NCBI GenBank assembly: GCA_041483195.1
Contig: JBGPFC010000011.1
Span: forward strand, 39,211-103,210
Source: Candidatus Eiseniibacteriota bacterium
GTDB taxonomy: Bacteria; Eisenbacteria; RBG-16-71-46
DNA length: 64,000 nucleotides
Direction of reading: 5' to 3'
The notes below the pieces were generated by a model. It made no database searches, had not been told where the DNA came from, and saw nothing but the letters and a program-made list of their open reading frames with translations. Made by a program: the position numbers and the translations under genes. Shown here one piece after another: positions 49,345-57,813 of this stretch (position 1 is its first letter; every line of letters starts with the position of its first letter).

Positions 49345-50340
49345 TCACCGCCGCCGGCGTGGCGGCGTCCACGGCACGCGCGCGGCGAAGCGTCGCATCG
49401 GGTCGCACACCTTGCCGCCCGGGGAATTCCATGCGACGAACCGGCTGCCGCGATTGACCTGGGGCGCATCACCGAAATCGTATGCGATCCCCGCGACCGC
49501 CCACTCGATGCACATCGGCCGATCGCAGCCCGGGGTGTTCGCGGCCGGGCGCGGCACGAGCAGGCGCGCGTACACGTACTGCGTGCCGCCCTTCACGGCC
49601 ACCGCATCGGCCTTGACCATCGCGAGGATCATCTGCAGCTTGCCGCTCGCGCGCGTGAAGCTGTACTCGGCGCGGGCGATCTTCGCTTCGGGCCACGGGG
49701 AGTCGAACCCCGAGACCTGGGGCAGGTACTGCAGCTCGAGGCCGTGAGGGTTCTCATGATCGCCGAATTGCCAGTGCGCGCCGAGGGTATCCGAACCCGC
49801 CGCCCAGAAGTACACCGTGGCCGTGAGCGCGAGGAGATGATCTGTGCCGCGCCCCGGATCGAAGCTCATGTAAAGCGTATCCTTGCTCGAGGTGTCGCCG
49901 CACGCCGCGCTCAACACCTCGGAAGCACGGGGCTGACCGAACGGCGCTCGCCAGGCGAGGTAGATCCGCGCATCGGGCGAACCGCTCGGCTTCGGCCACG
50001 ACGGTCCGCGCGGCAGCCCTCCGTGCAGGGCGGTGTCCCCCCGGGTCCGTGCGAGCACGCTCTCGGGGCGCATGGGTGAGAACGTGGAGTTCACTTCGGA
50101 CTGGGACACCGAGGGACGCGAATTCGCAGGCGGGAGATTCGATGGCGGCGAGGGTGTGGTCCCGGCGGCCGCCAGAATTGGGCGCGATCCAGTCGCTGCC
50201 CCGGGGCCGGGCGGATCTGCGAACGTGCACGCGAAACATGCGGAGAGGCCCAGCAGCGCGGCGGCGGCGCGGGCGCGGATCACGCGCCGCAGCGGCGGGA
50301 GCATTGCGTCGTGAGCGGTGCTCGTGGATTGGCTCGGCAT
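49345..50340 (-). CDS. Divergent paralog of the TWG-tail family lacking the tail (start uncertain)
   Basis: IYLAW...CGDTSSKDTLYMSF...YVYARL...GCDRPMCIEW...FVAWN...C aligns by eye with the family core; Pro/Ser-rich N-terminal linker. Confidence 0.65.
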   Translation of the reverse strand: MPSQSTSTAHDAMLPPLRRVIRARAAAALLGLSACFACTFADPPGPGAATGSRPILAAAGTTPSPPSNLPPANSRPSVSQSEVNSTFSPMRPESVLARTRGDTALHGGLPRGPSWPKPSGSPDARIYLAWRAPFGQPRASEVLSAACGDTSSKDTLYMSFDPGRGTDHLLALTATVYFWAAGSDTLGAHWQFGDHENPHGLELQYLPQVSGFDSPWPEAKIARAEYSFTRASGKLQMILAMVKADAVAVKGGTQYVYARLLVPRPAANTPGCDRPMCIEWAVAGIAYDFGDAPQVNRGSRFVAWNSPGGKVCDPMRRFAARVPWTPPRRRR

Positions 50341-50347
50341 CGACCCC

Positions 50348-51181
50348 TCACCGATAGAGACTCTTCAAACGGCCCCACGTCATGTTGCGTGTCGGAACCA
50401 GGGCGCAATTCGCGCCCTGGCCTCCCCGCCACAGCGCCCAATTCGCGTTCGCGGGGCCCGGGCTCGAGATGAAGAGATCGCCTCCGGGAGCCCCCGGGGT
50501 GCGCTTCACCTCGATGGAGTTTAACACCAGGCACGCCGACCCCAGGCAGCCGGCGCACGCGGCGAAGCCCGTGGTCCCTCCGTTCAGCAGCGTCAGGCGC
50601 GTGCCGTAGTACATGGCGAACGTATCGAGGGCGCGCTCGAGCCCGGGGGCGACGCCGCACGCCACCTTGATGCGGGCCTGATTCGCGCCTCCGCGCGGCG
50701 AGCCCAGGTCGTACCCCTGGATCTCGGCGACCGCCTCGCCCTGCCACGGATCGGTGCACGTCGTGTTTCCCGAGAAGTCGCCGCTCGCGAGCAGATTCCC
50801 GGAACGGCACGCTCCCGAGGCCGCGAGCTTCCACCATTCGGGAAGCGCGGCGTCGGAGTGCTGGATGTCCACCACGGCGATGATGCCGAGCACGTCGGCG
50901 CCGGTGGCCTGCGGCATGGTGAACGCGAGGAAGAGGTCTTCCTGCCCGATGTTCGCGTCGCAGGGGAAGTCCATGCTGGGGACACCCACGCCGTTCTGCG
51001 CGCAATCGTTCCAGGTCAGATAGATCGCGCCGCCTGCGCGCGCGGGCGCGCCGCGCGCAAGCAGAGAAGCCGTGCAGGCGAGTGAGAAGACGGTTCGCCG
51101 CGCCGCTCCAATCCGCCGAGGCGCCCGTCGAATGACGGCGCGCCCGAATGCCACGAGCGATCGGATCAACGCCGGCGGCAC
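50348..51181 (-). CDS. Secreted Cys-rich hypothetical protein with TWG tail (family copy 3; start uncertain)
   Basis: IYLTWNDC...LPEWW...CR...CTDPWQG...ACAGC...CLVLNSI; ends PTRNMTWGRLKSLYR. Confidence 0.85.
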   Translation of the reverse strand: MPPALIRSLVAFGRAVIRRAPRRIGAARRTVFSLACTASLLARGAPARAGGAIYLTWNDCAQNGVGVPSMDFPCDANIGQEDLFLAFTMPQATGADVLGIIAVVDIQHSDAALPEWWKLAASGACRSGNLLASGDFSGNTTCTDPWQGEAVAEIQGYDLGSPRGGANQARIKVACGVAPGLERALDTFAMYYGTRLTLLNGGTTGFAACAGCLGSACLVLNSIEVKRTPGAPGGDLFISSPGPANANWALWRGGQGANCALVPTRNMTWGRLKSLYR

Positions 51182-51357
51182 AGGCGCTTCACCTGTCTCC
51201 GGGTCCTGTTCCGCGCGGGCCCCGGGCTGCGGGGCGCCCGATCCATGCCGCCCCACCAGGTCACCACGTCACGGCCACCGGCAGGAACGCCGGTGAGCGT
51301 GAGGCAGCCCGCGCACGAGCCGGTGGACTTCTGACTGGACACGGTGACCCTCACCAT
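51166..51357 (-). pseudogene. Eroded/truncated remnant of a TWG-tail family gene (63 aa)
   Basis: MVRVTVSSQKSTGSCAGC...RDVVTWWGG...PARNRTRRQVKRLCR matches the C-terminal third of the family with internal deletions and a mutated tail. Confidence 0.65.
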
Positions 51358-51461
51358 GGGCGTGGCCGGAATCCGGGCTCCGACGTGGCCGGAGACGAGC
51401 GGAGTCGGTCGACGGCCGAACCACGCCGCAAACGATCGCGGCGACTCAACCCACCAATCGC

Positions 51462-51491
51462 AAGGGCGGCCGACAGTAGCCGGCCGCCCTT
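51462..51491 (-). terminator. Hairpin downstream of family copy 4, probable terminator
   Basis: AAGGGCGGCCG-8 nt-CGGCCGCCCTT about 25 nt after the stop at 51515. Confidence 0.6.
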
Positions 51492-51514
51492 TGCGAAGAT
51501 TGCGCGATACGAAA

Positions 51515-52231
51515 CTAGCGGTACAGCGCCTTCAACGTGCCCCACGTCGTATTGCGCGCCGGGGTCACGTTGTTACCGCAGTTCGGGACGCCAGCCTGCC
51601 ACGTCACCCAGTTTCTGTCCGCCGGGTTGCCAATGAACTTGGCGCCGATAGTAAGCGGATTCTGCGTGACGTTGATCGAGTTGAGCACGATGCACGCGCC
51701 GTCGGTGCAACCACCGCACGCACCGGCTCCGAACGACTTCGCGTTGTTGATGAACAGGTTGTTCGAATACACCTCTTGGTCCGTGGGAATAGGGCCCGCA
51801 TCGAGGCGGGACAGCGCCCACACTGCCTTCACCCGCGCCCGATTGGGTGGACCGAACGGAGCCGTGTAGTTGGAGCCGCCCGCGCCACGACCCGCCCAGT
51901 AGTCCATGCAGGGGCCGGTGAATCCCGAGAAGTTCATTGACAGCGAGGTCGGACGGCAGAAACCCGTCCCCATCATCCACCACGAGGGCAATGTGGCGCC
52001 TGAGGTCTGGATGTCGATCACGATCTCGTTGGAGTTGGCCGAGTCGACGCCGGCCGGCACGATGTAGCTCGAGACTGCGATGTTCGTGCCACTGTTGCTG
52101 GTACAGGCGAAAGTGCGCACCGACGCGCCATTAAGGCCGCAGTCGGTCCAACTGAGGTTGAGTCCCGCCGCCGAGGCCATGCCGACCGTCAGAGCGAGGA
52201 GTGCGCCGGTAATCAGGAGCGTCTTCTTCAT
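51515..52231 (-). CDS. Secreted Cys-rich hypothetical protein with TWG tail (family copy 4)
   Basis: GGAGG RBS; MKKTLLITGALLALTVGMASA signal; GLNLSWTDC...LPSWW...ACGGC...CIVLNSI; ends PARNTTWGTLKALYR. Confidence 0.88.
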   Translation of the reverse strand: MKKTLLITGALLALTVGMASAAGLNLSWTDCGLNGASVRTFACTSNSGTNIAVSSYIVPAGVDSANSNEIVIDIQTSGATLPSWWMMGTGFCRPTSLSMNFSGFTGPCMDYWAGRGAGGSNYTAPFGPPNRARVKAVWALSRLDAGPIPTDQEVYSNNLFINNAKSFGAGACGGCTDGACIVLNSINVTQNPLTIGAKFIGNPADRNWVTWQAGVPNCGNNVTPARNTTWGTLKALYR

Positions 52232-52371
52232 TGTTGCCTCCAGGGGACAAATCGCTAGAAAGGGGGACGCAGGTTTTGACTCAGGACGTGGATGCATTCT
52301 GGTTCCGGCCATCACCACCTTCCCTCCAGAGATACCAGTTCGCGATGCTTCGCGGTGCGGCCCGTACTAGA

Positions 52372-53022
52372 TCAAGGACACTTCGGATCGCAGTTCACTG
52401 CCGAATTGCCGGTGAAGTACTCGGTGAGCCAGGCCGACAGGTCGTCCCCGCCCACGCTGCCGTCGCAGGTGTAATCCGCGCGGAGCGGGCTGGTGCCACA
52501 GAAAAACGCGTCGAGCCAGGCCGACAGGTCAGTACCGCCGACACCGACACCGCCGCCGTCGTTATTGAGGTCGAACGTCGGCGCGTTCACGGTACAGAGC
52601 ACCACGCCCTCTGCGAGAATCTTGACGCAATTGGGAGCGGCGCCGCCGCAACCCAGACCGCCCTTGCTCTTTCCCATGATGCTGAAGCACACCGTGCCGT
52701 TGGCAGGGGTCGTCTTGAAGACGCTCTGAAAGTTGCAATCCACAGTCGCATCAGGATCGAGCTGATCGGGGCAGAGAACGACATCACACGCCGAGAAATC
52801 GATCTGCACGAGGGCGCCGTTGATGGGCACGCCGTTGGAGTTGCGCACCACGACGCAGAACGTGCCAATCGGATCGGCGACGGTCCCGTTGCTTCCCACG
52901 ACGTAGATACATCCAGTCGGACAGTCGGACTGCGTGGGATCGGGAACGTTCGCCGCCGCTACGCCCGCGACGAACAAACCGCAGGCGGCAAGAAGCATGG
53001 CCTTGCGAACCAAACCAGTCAT
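52372..53022 (-). CDS. Secreted Cys-rich protein: Ig-like domain plus C-terminal dockerin-like duplicated Ca-binding motif
   Basis: GGAGGT RBS; signal peptide; VVVRNSNGVPINGALVQIDF Big-1-like strand; repeats DLNNDGGGVGVGGTDLSAWL and DYTCDGSVGGDDLSAWL. Confidence 0.8.
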   Translation of the reverse strand: MTGLVRKAMLLAACGLFVAGVAAANVPDPTQSDCPTGCIYVVGSNGTVADPIGTFCVVVRNSNGVPINGALVQIDFSACDVVLCPDQLDPDATVDCNFQSVFKTTPANGTVCFSIMGKSKGGLGCGGAAPNCVKILAEGVVLCTVNAPTFDLNNDGGGVGVGGTDLSAWLDAFFCGTSPLRADYTCDGSVGGDDLSAWLTEYFTGNSAVNCDPKCP

Positions 53023-53194
53023 TGTTGCACCTCCGTAGATGGATCACCCTGTTGCTGAATCGAAGGCAAGGCTCAGTTGCGAGCAATCAGGTCGGGCTGC
53101 GAGCCACCTCCTTTCAACGTCTTCATTTCGAAATTCAATTGGGTGTCAGACGAGGTTAATTGTCGCTTTGGCAAGACCTTCCAAGACGCGAAAA

Positions 53195-53224
53195 ATTCTA
53201 GCGGTCAGGTCCGGCCCCTGTCAA
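53195..53224 (-). promoter_or_regulatory. Near-consensus sigma70 promoter for the dockerin-like/TWG gene cluster
   Basis: TTGACA-18 bp-TAGAAT, about 170 nt upstream of ATG 53022. Confidence 0.7.
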
Positions 53225-53346
53225 GAAGCTTTTTGTTCTCGATCCTCGTCTTGCCACCCCGTTTACGGTGCATTGCCCTTCCCACGCCCCCTAAGCGGGA
53301 AGGGCCATCCCCTGAAGGCCCGGTTTCAGGCCTTAAGTCCCAGCGC

Positions 53347-53422
53347 TGGTGGGCGAAACAGGGCTCGAACCTGTGACCCCTTGCGTGTAAGGCAAGTGCT
53401 CTACCAGCTGAGCTATTCGCCC
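53347..53422 (-). tRNA. tRNA-Val (anticodon TAC)
   Basis: GGGCGAATAGCTCAGCTGGTAGAGCACTTGCCTTACACGCAAGGGGTCACAGGTTCGAGCCCTGTTTCGCCCACCA; 76-nt cloverleaf with encoded CCA. Confidence 0.97.
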
Positions 53423-53661
53423 GAACCCTGGTTCTGCCCGCGATACAGGAGTGAGGCCGGAACGATGACGCAGTAGCCCAGGACCAGCAGCACCGGCGCC
53501 AGGGTAATGGAACCCCTGGAAAGAGCCACGTACCCGGACACCAGGACGGCGACGGCCAAGCCCAACAACACGCTGTTGTGCACCCCCCAGCTGAATCCCA
53601 GGTCGGGTTCGGCCGCCTTGCGCTGCCCGCGTGGCTTCGCGGTGATCCTGCCGTTGCTCAT
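53413..53661 (-). CDS. Small two-TM membrane protein (DUF3098-like)
   Basis: GGAGGA RBS; N..LLGLAVAVLVSGYVAL...SITLAPVLLVLGYCVIVP. Confidence 0.7.
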   Translation of the reverse strand: MSNGRITAKPRGQRKAAEPDLGFSWGVHNSVLLGLAVAVLVSGYVALSRGSITLAPVLLVLGYCVIVPASLLYRGQNQGSGE

Positions 53662-53921
53662 CGTTCCTCCTCCCGCGTCGCGGCGAACACAAATACCGAT
53701 GGCTTCGGGCTGTGCGACCAGTCCGAGACCATCGGCGTGTCTGGAAGCGTGAAGCTCCATGGCACCTACGATCCCAGCGAAGATCGCACCTTCGTGCCGC
53801 CGCCTGCGTGGGGCGTTGAGGTTGATACCCTCGCCCCGCGGCGTGCGGTTCCCGGTTTCTTTTCTGCCTCGTCCCCGTTCGGCCTCCATGCGGGGGCGGA
53901 CACCGACCCGCGGGCGGAAGG

Positions 53922-54806
53922 TCAGTCCCCGGACCCGCCATCTCCGGGCTCGAGACCCGCGTTCAGGCTGCCGGAGCGGAAGCCTTCCAGATCCAGGGTG
54001 ACGTACCGATAGCCGATCCCGCGCAGACCATCGACCACCCGCTCGCGAACCCCGGGCGCGATCAGGCGCTCCAGCTCGGCGAGCGGAACTTCGACCCGCG
54101 CCACGTCCCCGTGATGCCGCAACCGAACCTCGCGAAAACCGAGCGAACGCAGCAGCTGTTCCCCCCGCTCGACCATGCTCAGGTTCTCCCTCGTGATCTC
54201 GGTGCCGTACGGAATGCGCGAGGCGAGGCACGGCGAAGCCGGCTTGTCGTGGCTCTCGAGGCCGTAATGGCGGGCCGCCTCACGCACGTCGAGCTTGGTG
54301 AACCCCAGCTCCGCGAGCGGCGAGCGCACCGCGCGCTCCGAGGCGGCGCGGCGTCCCGGCCGATAATCCGTGAGGTCGTCGGCGATCGTTCCATCGAGGA
54401 TCGCCTCGGCCCCGATGCGCGCCGCGACCTCGCCGAGGCGGCGATAGAGCTCGCTCTTGCAGTGGTAGCAGCGATTCGCCGGGTTCGATCGGAACGCGGG
54501 ATCCGCGAGCTCACCGGTCGTCACGATCTCGACGCGCGCGCCGAAGCCCTGCGCCTGCGCGAGCGCCAGCTCCAGCTCGCGCGCCGCGTACGAATCCGAG
54601 CGCCCGATCACGCCCAGCGCGCGATCCCCGATCACCTCGTGGGCGACGCGCAGCAGCAGGCTCGAGTCCACCCCGCCTGAGTACGCGATCACGGCAGAGC
54701 GCAGCGCGCGCAGCTCGGCGCGCAGCGAATCGAGGCGCCGCCCCCAGCCGAGCGCATCGGCGGGGGCGCGCGCGACGCCGATCTGGATCAGGGAGGGGGA
54801 GGTCAT
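53922..54806 (-). CDS. larE: LarE-family ATP-dependent sulfur transferase
   Basis: AYSGGVDS PP-loop, NRCYHCK, DYRPG, PCLASRIPYG, VRLRHHG and GFRSGSLN motifs. Confidence 0.9.
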   Translation of the reverse strand: MTSPSLIQIGVARAPADALGWGRRLDSLRAELRALRSAVIAYSGGVDSSLLLRVAHEVIGDRALGVIGRSDSYAARELELALAQAQGFGARVEIVTTGELADPAFRSNPANRCYHCKSELYRRLGEVAARIGAEAILDGTIADDLTDYRPGRRAASERAVRSPLAELGFTKLDVREAARHYGLESHDKPASPCLASRIPYGTEITRENLSMVERGEQLLRSLGFREVRLRHHGDVARVEVPLAELERLIAPGVRERVVDGLRGIGYRYVTLDLEGFRSGSLNAGLEPGDGGSGD

Positions 54807-54844
54807 GCGTGATCAAGGTACCACAGCGCACGCGGGTCGCGGCG

Positions 54845-55918
54845 CTACGACGGCGGCAGCGGGAGCGAGTCGGAGGCGGCCCCGCTCTCGGTCCCCGCGT
54901 GCAGCGCGCGGGCGGCGCGGATGTTGGCGAGATGCTCTGCGTAGGTCCGCGCGAAGAAGTGACGGCCTTCGCCGCGCGCGACGAAGTAGAGATCGCGAAT
55001 GTCGGGGGTCGGGTCGAGCACCGCCGCGATGCTCGCGCGGCCCGGATTGCAGATCGGGCCGGGCGGAAGCCCGACGTACAGGTAGGTGTTGAACGGCGTG
55101 TTCGAGCGCAATTGCCGCAGGTAGAGACGCGAGCGCGGCCCCATGCCCAGCCCGTACGCCACAGTCGGATCGGCCTGCAGGCGCATGCCTTTCTCCAGGC
55201 GATTCAGGTAGACGCGCGCGATGCGCGGACGCTCCGAGTTCACCTGCGCCTCGGATTCGACGATCGACGCCAGGGTGAGAATCTGGTGGATGCTGAGACC
55301 GAGCGGGAGCGAATCGCGCCCCGCGAGCCCGCGGCTCAGCACGTCGCGCTGGCGCTCGCGCATCGCGCGGAACGCGACCTCGGGCGAGGTGCCGGGCAGG
55401 AACTCGTAGGAGTCGGGCGCGAGGTAGCCCTCGAGCGATGGCGCGTCCACCTTGAGCGAATCGAGGAACGACCGATCCTGCGCGAGCGAATCGAAGGCGG
55501 CGACCGGCACGCCGAGATGGTTCGAGAGCAGCAGGCTCACCTCGCTGAGGGTGAGCCCTTCCGGGATGGTGACCAGATTGAGCCCCCCCATCCCGAGCGC
55601 GAGCGCGCGCAACAGCGCCGGCACCGTGATGCCGCGCGGAAACGCGTACTGGCCGGCCTGGATGTGGCGGTCGAGCCGCATGAGCCGCGCCAGCACCTGG
55701 AACCCGAGGCTGCCGTGCAACAGGCCGACGCGCTTCAGCTCGTCCGCGATCTCGCGCAGGGTCTGCCCGCGCTGAATGAGCACCACGCGGCGATCGTGGG
55801 CCGGGAACGGCCCGGCGGGAAGAAACAGGTCGGCCGCGATCGCCAGCCCGCCCACCACCAGCAGCAGCAGCGCCCAGCGGCGCGGGCGAAACGGGCGCCC
55901 CCGCGGCTCCCCACGCAC
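54845..55918 (-). CDS. mltG: Endolytic transglycosylase MltG
   Basis: VTIPEG, LEGYLAPDSY, LASIVESE, MRLQADPTV, GLPPGPICNPG and LYFVARGEGRHFF motifs. Confidence 0.93.
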   Translation of the reverse strand: MRGEPRGRPFRPRRWALLLLVVGGLAIAADLFLPAGPFPAHDRRVVLIQRGQTLREIADELKRVGLLHGSLGFQVLARLMRLDRHIQAGQYAFPRGITVPALLRALALGMGGLNLVTIPEGLTLSEVSLLLSNHLGVPVAAFDSLAQDRSFLDSLKVDAPSLEGYLAPDSYEFLPGTSPEVAFRAMRERQRDVLSRGLAGRDSLPLGLSIHQILTLASIVESEAQVNSERPRIARVYLNRLEKGMRLQADPTVAYGLGMGPRSRLYLRQLRSNTPFNTYLYVGLPPGPICNPGRASIAAVLDPTPDIRDLYFVARGEGRHFFARTYAEHLANIRAARALHAGTESGAASDSLPLPPS

Positions 55919-55932
55919 TCCGCCCGGCGCGC

Positions 55933-56370
55933 TCAGGATCCGGTCCCGGGGGGCGCCGCGTGAAGGCGTGACAGGAAGGATTCGAGCAGCGCCACGGCGG
56001 CGCCCTGATCCACGCGCGCCCGATGGTGGCCGGTCTTCACCCCCACCTCGCGCAGGCGGCGGGCGCTGAGCGCCGAGGTCAGGCGTTCGTCGTAGGTGTC
56101 CACGCGCAGGCCGGAGCGCTCGGCGAGCGCGGCGGCGAACCGCTGGGCCGCCACCGCGGATTCACCGTGCGCGCCCGACATGAGGAGCGGCAGTCCGACG
56201 ACGATGCGCTCGGCACCCTGTTCGACCGCGACGCGCGTGACGCATGTGACGGCGTCCTCGGCCCCCCGGACTTCCAGCGTCTCGAGCCCGGTCGCGATGA
56301 TCCCCTGCGGGTCGCTCACCGCGAGCCCGATCCGGCGCTCGCCCCAGTCCACCGCGAGAATGCGGGGCAC
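55933..56370 (-). CDS. ruvX: YqgF/RuvX family nuclease
   Basis: ILAVDWGERRIGLAVSD, VVGLPL, DERLTS and VDQGAAVALLESFL motifs. Confidence 0.92.
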   Translation of the reverse strand: MPRILAVDWGERRIGLAVSDPQGIIATGLETLEVRGAEDAVTCVTRVAVEQGAERIVVGLPLLMSGAHGESAVAAQRFAAALAERSGLRVDTYDERLTSALSARRLREVGVKTGHHRARVDQGAAVALLESFLSRLHAAPPGTGS

Positions 56371-56380
56371 GGCCTTGAGG

Positions 56381-56830
56381 CTATCCGCCCGGGCTCGCGC
56401 TGGGCCGGCGCTTGACCAGGTGGCAGGTCGTGCCCGCCGCGTTGAACTCGAATTCCACGGAGTCCATGCACGCGCGCATGATGAATATGCCGCGGCCGCG
56501 CAGGTCGAAGAGATGCTCGGGCGATGTGACGTTGCCGTTGACCCCATCGAGGTCGAACCCGGGGCCGGTGTCGTGGACGGTGACCTCGAGCCGGTCGGGA
56601 TGGACCGCGAAGATCGCGTCCACCGGGAGGGAAGCATCCCGCTTGTGACCGTGCTGAATGGCATTGGTGCCGGCCTCGATCACCGCCATCGTGACCTGCG
56701 AGCAGACGTCTTCGTCGAACTCCATCCGCTGGCAGAGCGATTGGGCCACGTGATCCAGCACACCGAGCAGGTCGAGCCGGCTCGGCATGCGCACGGTGAT
56801 GATCTCCGGAGCCGACTGCGATTCGGTCAT
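56381..56830 (-). CDS. RsbW-like anti-sigma factor / HATPase_c protein
   Basis: AVIEAGTNAIQHG, VHDTGPGFD and GRGIFIMRACMD motifs. Confidence 0.88.
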   Translation of the reverse strand: MTESQSAPEIITVRMPSRLDLLGVLDHVAQSLCQRMEFDEDVCSQVTMAVIEAGTNAIQHGHKRDASLPVDAIFAVHPDRLEVTVHDTGPGFDLDGVNGNVTSPEHLFDLRGRGIFIMRACMDSVEFEFNAAGTTCHLVKRRPSASPGG

Positions 56831-57813
56831 GATGCGGTTCGTCCCCCGCGTGAGTCGCGATGCGCCCGCAGGCGAGCGAGCGCAGCATCCAGGTCTTCGG
56901 GTAAGGGTGCCGTGAAGCGGAGCCCCTGCCCGGTCACGGGGTGCGTGAACTCCAACTCCGACGCGTGCAGCGCCTGCCGCGGCAGCATGTCCAGCAGGGC
57001 GTGTGCGAGGCTACGCTCCGGCTCGCGCAGGCTCAACAGCTTTTTGGCGCGGCCGCCATAAACCGGATCGCCCACCACGGGCTGCCCGATGTGCGCGAGG
57101 TGCACGCGGATCTGGTGCGTGCGCCCGGTCTCGAGCGTCACGTCGAGCGCGGCGCACAGCCCGAAGCGCTCGCGAACGCGCCAGCGCGTGAGCGCGGGCC
57201 GCCCGCCGCGGCGCACCACCGCCATGCGCTTGCGGTGGCGGGGATCGCGTCCGATCGCGCCCTCGATCACGCCGGCCGCTTCCCGCGGATCGCCCCACGC
57301 GAGCGCGAAGTAGCGGCGCTTCACGGCGCGGCTGCGGATCGCCTCGACCAGCGCGCGATAGGCGCGCGGGGTGCGGGCGACCACCATCAGTCCCGAGGTG
57401 TCCTTGTCGAGCCGATGCACGATGCCGGGCCGGCCCTCGCCCCCCACCTCTGCGATCGCCGGGTCGTGGTGGAGCAGCGCGTGCACCAGCGTGCCCCGGG
57501 AGACGCCCGCACCCGGATGGACGATCAGCCCCGGCGGCTTGTTCACCACGATCAGCGAGTCGTCCTGGTGGACGATCTCGAGTGGAATGGGTTCGGCCTC
57601 GAGGGTCGCGACGCGGGGCGGAGGCAGGTCGATCGCGATCCGGTCGCCTTCGCGCACGCGCTGAGCGGCGCGCGCGGCGCGCCCGTTGACCCGCGCGCGC
57701 CCTTCACGGATGAGCGCCTGCAGGCGGCTACGCGAGAGATCCGCCTGCGCCGCCGCCAGGAAGCGGTCCAGCCGCTCCCCCGCGTGTGGCGCCGGCACCG
57801 TGAGCTCCAGCAT
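56827..57813 (-). CDS. rluD: RluA/RluD-family pseudouridine synthase
   Basis: S4 domain RLDRFLA...SRSRLQ, NKPPGLIVHP, HRLDKDTSG, TGRTHQIRVH and QALHA motifs. Confidence 0.92.
   Translation of the reverse strand: MLELTVPAPHAGERLDRFLAAAQADLSRSRLQALIREGRARVNGRAARAAQRVREGDRIAIDLPPPRVATLEAEPIPLEIVHQDDSLIVVNKPPGLIVHPGAGVSRGTLVHALLHHDPAIAEVGGEGRPGIVHRLDKDTSGLMVVARTPRAYRALVEAIRSRAVKRRYFALAWGDPREAAGVIEGAIGRDPRHRKRMAVVRRGGRPALTRWRVRERFGLCAALDVTLETGRTHQIRVHLAHIGQPVVGDPVYGGRAKKLLSLREPERSLAHALLDMLPRQALHASELEFTHPVTGQGLRFTAPLPEDLDAALARLRAHRDSRGGRTAS

Noticed and set aside
53023..53190. Known riboswitch (for example c-di-GMP) in the long leader
   Set aside because: No recognisable consensus by eye; needs an Rfam search
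49345..53346. Genomic island integrated at the tRNA-Val 3' end
   Set aside because: Somewhat lower GC near the tRNA, but no integrase or transposase and no duplicated tRNA 3' end seen; paralogs occur elsewhere in the window
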